Shown here one piece after another: positions 59,683 through 64,000 of a DNA stretch of 64,000 nucleotides. The number at the start of each line of letters is the position of its first letter. Position 1 is the stretch's first letter. The position numbers and the translations under genes were made by a program. The notes below the pieces were generated by a model. The model was not told where the DNA came from and did not search any database. It saw nothing but the letters and a program-made list of their open reading frames with translations. Source of the stretch: Alphaproteobacteria bacterium (GTDB lineage Bacteria; Pseudomonadota; Alphaproteobacteria; Bin95); assembly GCA_965205265.1 (NCBI GenBank), contig CBDBGH010000003.1:3872001-3936000 (forward strand), written 5' to 3'.

Positions 59683-60119
59683 CCTTCTGGCGCGAGAAGC
59701 GGCTGGAAGAGATGACGCCGGAGGAGTGGGAGTCGCTCTGCGACGGCTGCGGCAAATGCTGCCTGATCAAGATCGAATGGGCGGACACCGGGGAAATCGA
59801 GCCGACCTGCGTCGCCTGCCGGCTGCTGGATTCCGAAAGCTGCCGCTGCACGGACTACGCCAACCGCAAGGCCCGCGTGCCGGACTGCATCCAGCTCTCC
59901 CCGGGCAATATCGCCGAAATCCCCTGGATGCCGTCGAGCTGCGCCTACCGCCTGCTGCATGAGGGCAAGGACCTCTACTGGTGGCATCCGCTGGTCTCGG
60001 GCGACCCGGAAACGGTGCATCTCGCCCAGATGTCGGTGCGCGGCAAGGTAGTATCCGAGGACGAGGCCGGGACCGGGCAGGAAGACCTGGAGCGCCACAT
60101 TGTCGACTGGGCGCTATAG
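59679..60119 (+). CDS. YcgN family cysteine cluster protein (UPF0260)
   Basis: [34 protein letters not shown]. Confidence 0.92.
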   Translation: MTFWREKRLEEMTPEEWESLCDGCGKCCLIKIEWADTGEIEPTCVACRLLDSESCRCTDYANRKARVPDCIQLSPGNIAEIPWMPSSCAYRLLHEGKDLYWWHPLVSGDPETVHLAQMSVRGKVVSEDEAGTGQEDLERHIVDWAL

Positions 60120-60849
60120 GGAGGTCCGGCTCGGCGGGCGCGACCTGCGTGTCGCCATCCGGCGCAACCGGCGCGCGCGGCATATCTCGCTCCGGGTCCA
60201 GGGCGGCGAGGTGCGGCTGACGCTGCCGCCCGGCGCGAGCGAGGCGGCGGGCCTCGCATTCCTGAAGAGCCGCGGCGAGTGGGTCGAGGACCGGCTGCGG
60301 GACGCGCCGGCCCCGGTGCCGTTCCGGCCCGGCGCGGCCGTCCCGTTCCGCGGCCGGCCGCGCCCGATCTGCGTCGTTCCGGGCCTCCGCGACCCGTTGC
60401 GCCTCGAAGAGGACCGCATCCTGCTCGCAACCGCCGCCGGCTGCGAACGGCTGGTGGAGGGCTGGCTCCGGCGCGAGGCGCGGCGGGCCTTCGAGGAGGC
60501 CGCGGCCCGCCATGCCGCCGCGCTCGGCGTCGAACCCCGCGGCATCTCGATACGGGACCAGAAGACCCGCTGGGGCAGCGCCAGCGCCGCCGGGCGGCTG
60601 AATTTCAACTGGCGCGCGGTCATGGCCCCGCCCTTCGTGCTCGACTATCTGGCCGCGCATGAGGTGGCGCATCTTCGCGAAATGAACCACGGGCCCCGCT
60701 TCTGGAGCCTCTGCCGCCGCCTCTGCCCGGAAACAGACGCTGCCGAACGCTGGCTGAAGACCGAAGGCCCGGGGCTGCACCGCTACGGACGGGAACAGGG
60801 GCGCGCCGCCCAGCCGGGCCAGCCTTCCGGCTATTCTGGAAGCACGTAA
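60100..60849 (+). CDS. YgjP/DUF45 (M48-like) metal-dependent hydrolase
   Basis: [31 protein letters not shown]. Confidence 0.9.
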   Translation: MSTGRYREVRLGGRDLRVAIRRNRRARHISLRVQGGEVRLTLPPGASEAAGLAFLKSRGEWVEDRLRDAPAPVPFRPGAAVPFRGRPRPICVVPGLRDPLRLEEDRILLATAAGCERLVEGWLRREARRAFEEAAARHAAALGVEPRGISIRDQKTRWGSASAAGRLNFNWRAVMAPPFVLDYLAAHEVAHLREMNHGPRFWSLCRRLCPETDAAERWLKTEGPGLHRYGREQGRAAQPGQPSGYSGST

Positions 60850-60930
60850 TTTTGGGGCTTATATGGACAGGTTGACAACAGGTTTGCGAGGCTTCGCGCC
60901 TTCTCTCCAACGTCATACCCGCCTTCATAT

Positions 60931-61013
60931 CGTCATGGCCGGACTTGTTCCGGCCATCCACGCGGTCTCCCGGCGACCGGCGCGTCTTGCCGATAGAGAT
61001 GCCCGGAACAAGT
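60931..61013. repeat. REP doublet whose second unit is interrupted by the MITE
   Basis: CGTCATGGCCGGACTTGTTCCGGCCATCC ... GATGCCCGGAACAAGT; related doublets at 61154-61240 and 63448-63525. Confidence 0.8.
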
Positions 61014-61376
61014 CCATTGCTGTCCGGTTCAGCCATTGGGTGAGGCTGAACAGGAGTCCGCCGGGGGTTTCGGGGGCGCGCGGCGTCTGCGATCCGCCCC
61101 TTGCCCGTGAGGCTCGAACGCCCCCCTTCGGCAGGCTCAGGGCAGGCTCTTTCGTCATGCCCGGACTTGTTCCGGGTATCCATACGGCCGCCCGGCTGAG
61201 CCGCTTGAGAGAGATACCCGGAACAAGTCCGGGTATGACGATATGGGGCGCGTATGACGATGTGAGGGCCGGGCCGCCGGGCGTCGATCCGGGTCCCGAT
61301 CCCGCCGAACCCCTCGAAACCCGGTTGAATCCAAGCCATGCGCCCTGCCCGCAAATCCTGAACCGGACAGCAATGG
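61014..61376. mobile_element. 363-bp MITE with perfect 19-bp TIRs and 7-bp target duplication
   Basis: CCATTGCTGTCCGGTTCAG at 61014-61032 and its reverse complement at 61358-61376; AACAAGT at 61007-61013 and 61377-61383. Confidence 0.88.
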
Positions 61377-61476
61377 AACAAGTCCGGGCATGACGAGAAG
61401 AAGACATAAGTCCGAAGTCGAGGCTGTTGGCATGAGAACTCGTCTCGTTCTCAATTCCGGTTACGTGCGAAAGATA

Positions 61477-61493
61477 ATGCGAAACATTCGCAT
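61477..61493. promoter_or_regulatory. Fur/iron-box-like palindrome upstream of bfr
   Basis: ATGCGAA-ACA-TTCGCAT in an AT-rich region. Confidence 0.6.
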
Positions 61494-61558
61494 ATATTCT
61501 GCGAATGAAATTGAAAACACCTCGCAAATAATGTTTGTAACTTGTTAAGTTACAGGTC

Positions 61559-61588
61559 TTGACGTTGCGATGTTCCAGCCTATATAAT
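61559..61588 (+). promoter_or_regulatory. Sigma70-type promoter of bfr
   Basis: TTGACG-N18-TATAAT about 50 nt before the ATG. Confidence 0.65.
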
Positions 61589-61637
61589 CTTTCAGCATTC
61601 CCATGCTAGGAAATCATTTCAGCGGCAGGAGAGAGGC

Positions 61638-62120
61638 ATGAAGGGCGACAAGAAGGTCATCGCAATACTCAACGATGTGCTAAAGAACGAGCTGACGGCG
61701 ATCAACCAGTATTTCCTGCATTCCCGCATGCTGAAGAACTGGGGAATCTCGAGGCTTGCAAAACACGAATACGAGGAATCGGTCGATGAGATGCGCCACG
61801 CCGACGAGCTCGTCGAACGCATCCTGTTCCTCGAGGGCCTGCCCAACCTCCAGGACATCGGCAGGCTGCGCATCGGCGAGACGGTGCAGGAAATCCTCGA
61901 CGCCGACCTCGCGCTGGAGCATGAGGCGATTCCCGCGCTGCGCGAAGGCATCGCCCATTGCGAAGCGGTCTCCGACTATGTGACCCGTCACCTGCTGCGC
62001 GAAATCCTCGAAAGCGAGGAGGAGCATGTGGACTGGCTGGAGACCCAGGGGGAACTCATCTCCCGCATGGGCATGCAGAACTACATCCAGCTTCAGAGCA
62101 AACCGGCCGACGACGACTGA
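61638..62120 (+). CDS. bfr: Bacterioferritin
   Basis: [45 protein letters not shown]. Confidence 0.97.
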   Translation: MKGDKKVIAILNDVLKNELTAINQYFLHSRMLKNWGISRLAKHEYEESVDEMRHADELVERILFLEGLPNLQDIGRLRIGETVQEILDADLALEHEAIPALREGIAHCEAVSDYVTRHLLREILESEEEHVDWLETQGELISRMGMQNYIQLQSKPADDD

Positions 62121-62144
62121 GGGAGGGCTCCGGCGGCCGGCGCC

Positions 62145-62363
62145 TCAACCGGCGCGCACGCCGGACGGCTCCACGGCGGAAACCGCATGGGCGGCGGGCG
62201 CGCCGTGCTCCCGGTCGATCAGGTCCTGGGCAACCGGCAGGCAGCGGCCGCATCGGGGGCCGCTGCCAAGCGCGGCATAGGCCTTGTGCACGCAACGCAG
62301 GCCCGATCGCGCCGCCTCGCGGATCTCGGCATCGCGATAGGCGTTGCAGACGCAGACATACAT
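62145..62363 (-). CDS. bfd: Bacterioferritin-associated ferredoxin
   Basis: MYVCVCNAY...CGRC; GGAGG RBS; adjacent to bfr. Confidence 0.9.
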   Translation of the reverse strand: MYVCVCNAYRDAEIREAARSGLRCVHKAYAALGSGPRCGRCLPVAQDLIDREHGAPAAHAVSAVEPSGVRAG

Positions 62364-62406
62364 GCCGCCGCCTCCGGATGAACCCATGGACTCTGGCCAG
62401 TCTGCA

Positions 62407-62425
62407 AATGCAAGTCAATCGCAAA
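62407..62425. promoter_or_regulatory. Fur/iron-box-like site upstream of bfd
   Basis: AATGCAAGTCAATCGCAAA resembles the box at 61477. Confidence 0.5.
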
Positions 62426-62499
62426 TTTGACAGGCGCCGCTTGCGGGACCATCGCATTCGTGCATGAGGCGCAATCCGGCATGAATCCGGCGGCCGGTC

Positions 62500-63409
62500 G
62501 ATGCGAACATTTATTGTTCCAAATAATCGAGTAATATTTCTCTATAAGACTTGCGTTTTCAGAAAGTGTGCTATTATGGGTTCGAGGGAAGCGGCATCCA
62601 TGGACCGCGTCCCGCCCGCGCCGGCCCGGTGCGGACCGACCCCGATTCAGCCGACAGGCGAAGTGCGCCCTGTGCCCGCCTCGCGCACGCGCAATCAGGC
62701 GCGCGAACCGCGCCGCCGCGAAACGCCCGCCCGCCCGCGCACAGGCGCCCGCGCAGGATGACGCGCGAATAAGGGTCGCTCCCCGCCGGGCCGGTGTGCC
62801 GGATGAACGCGAACCGGAACGAAGGAGCCGCACCCATGCCCGTGCTCGACCCGACCCTCTCCCTCTCCTCCCGCCAGGAAGCCTTCTGCAATCACTACCA
62901 TGACAAAACACGAGTTAACATGACATTCCGTGACACGCCGCAACAGCCTGTCCAACCGGCGTCGTCCCGGACGGCGCGAAGCAGCCTGCCCCGGACCCCG
63001 ATCCGGGGTCGATCCGGGACCTCAGGCGGCCCGGCGTCATTCCGGCTGGAGCGCAGCGGACGGGACCGCACCGGCAGGCGACCTGCCCCGGCCGAGGACA
63101 CTTACGACTCGGAGCAGTTCCCCGGCGAGTGGGCCGACGGAGACCGCCCGAGCGAGGAGGAGCGGGCCGGGGGCGTGGAAACCGACTGGCTCTACCAGCG
63201 CCGCAACGACTATGCCGAACTCCACGACCCCTGGCCGCCGGAGAACATCGAACGCCGCCAGGCGGACAGCCTCAACCGGCTCGAAAGGGCCGGCCCCTTC
63301 AACCTGCCCGCCCCCGACCATGACATTTCATGACATCCCATGACGTGGCGCGGGGGACCGCTGCAATTCCCCTCCTCCCCTGCCTGCGAGAAAGATCAGG
63401 AGGGGGTAG
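62500..63409 (+). repeat. Dispersed element copy B: promoter-like segment, conserved leader, ORF and two phased CATGACA arrays
   Basis: Collinear similarity to 7070-7315; arrays at 62899-62935 and 63319-63345. Confidence 0.75.
62836..63333 (+). pseudogene. ORF starting like a phage terminase small subunit (LSSRQEAFCNHY), apparently internally deleted
   Basis: GAAGGAG RBS; similarity to the TerS L-[ST]-x-[KR]-Q-x-x-F-C-x-x-Y start stops at the first CATGACA array. Confidence 0.45.
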
Positions 63410-63525
63410 TACCAGTGGCCTCGACTTCGAACTCATGTCTTCTTCTCGTCATGCCCGGACTTGTTCCGGGCATCCAAGCGGCCGCTCGGTGAAGGTGGTT
63501 GAGAGAGATGCCCGGAACAAGTCCG

Positions 63526-64000
63526 CCTGACTTCGACGGTTGATTCGCATAAGTAGTTGATATTGCCTGGTTCTCATTTCGGCTAGGCACTACATCCGGC
63601 ATTTCTTCGAGCCGTGCTTCGTCGACGGTCAGGCGAGTTGATACGGGGTGATCGTCAGGGGCAGCCCCATGGTTGCGTAAATCTGCTCCGCCGCCGGTGT
63701 CGGCTTCGAGGGGATGACGTAGCGGTTGCCCGATTGCCGACAGCGCAGCAGGGAGCACTGGCGGTGGACGAGGGCGGAGCGGATGACCTCCGGGGACATC
63801 CGCCGCTTCTGGATGGCGACGCGGTACGCAAGGTGTCGAACGCAGGCGAAGGCCAGGAAGGCGATGGCGATGTGAGCGCGGATCCGGTCCGGGTTCCAGT
63901 GCCAGATGGGACGTATCTTCAGGTCGTGTTTGGTGATCCGGAAGCTCTCCTCGACCTGCCAGAGCCCCTGGTAGTGAGCCATCACTTCGGTGACGCGCGC
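63526..64000 (-). mobile_element. IS1634 family insertion sequence (3' end)
   Basis: Transposase C-terminus plus terminal ...GTCGAAGTCAGG abutting a cut REP unit. Confidence 0.8.
63629..64000 (-). CDS. IS1634 family DDE transposase (5'-truncated by the window edge)
   Basis: YQGLWQVEESFRITKHDLKIRPIWHW..DRIRAHIAIAFLA. Confidence 0.9.
   Translation of the reverse strand, partial: ARVTEVMAHYQGLWQVEESFRITKHDLKIRPIWHWNPDRIRAHIAIAFLAFACVRHLAYRVAIQKRRMSPEVIRSALVHRQCSLLRCRQSGNRYVIPSKPTPAAEQIYATMGLPLTITPYQLA

Noticed and set aside
62505-62519. LexA box
   Set aside because: GAAC-N7-GTTC only partly fits the alphaproteobacterial GTTC-N7-GTTC direct repeat and is not clearly conserved in copy A, so it is not called as a feature
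62500-64000. Prophage
   Set aside because: No integrase, terL, portal or structural genes; only a short TerS-like peptide and an IS

Overview
A very GC-rich bacterial chromosome segment, most likely from a marine alphaproteobacterium (Rhodospirillales-like; the TMAO/betaine transporter, PhyH, Uma2, DUF433, Fic and small coiled-coil genes suggest a host-associated lifestyle such as a sponge symbiont, which is inference). About 60 genes, mainly catabolic or housekeeping: glcDEF, hmgA, lutABC, pyrE, hydantoinase A/B, a ProU/TmoXWV-type ABC transporter, metZ with a SAM-II riboswitch, acyl-CoA ligases and bfr/bfd. There is also a lower-GC surface-glycan patch (2 FkbM + TupA-like ATP-grasp), a decayed HEPN/MNT pair split by a Fic gene, and the 3' end of an IS1634 element. 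The intergenic DNA holds the most unusual features. (1) Two homologous ~0.9 kb elements (7030-7920, 62500-63410) share a promoter-like segment, a conserved GC-rich leader and two arrays of CATGACA motifs at exact 10-bp spacing; one carries a truncated terminase-small-subunit-like ORF. (2) A 363-bp MITE with 19-bp TIRs is inserted at the same position of a REP hairpin at two loci, and the IS1634 sits in the same REP family. (3) A small coiled-coil gene is bracketed by a duplicate of its neighbour's 3' end. No CRISPR, rRNA or tRNA was seen. All calls are by eye from motifs; no database searches were run.
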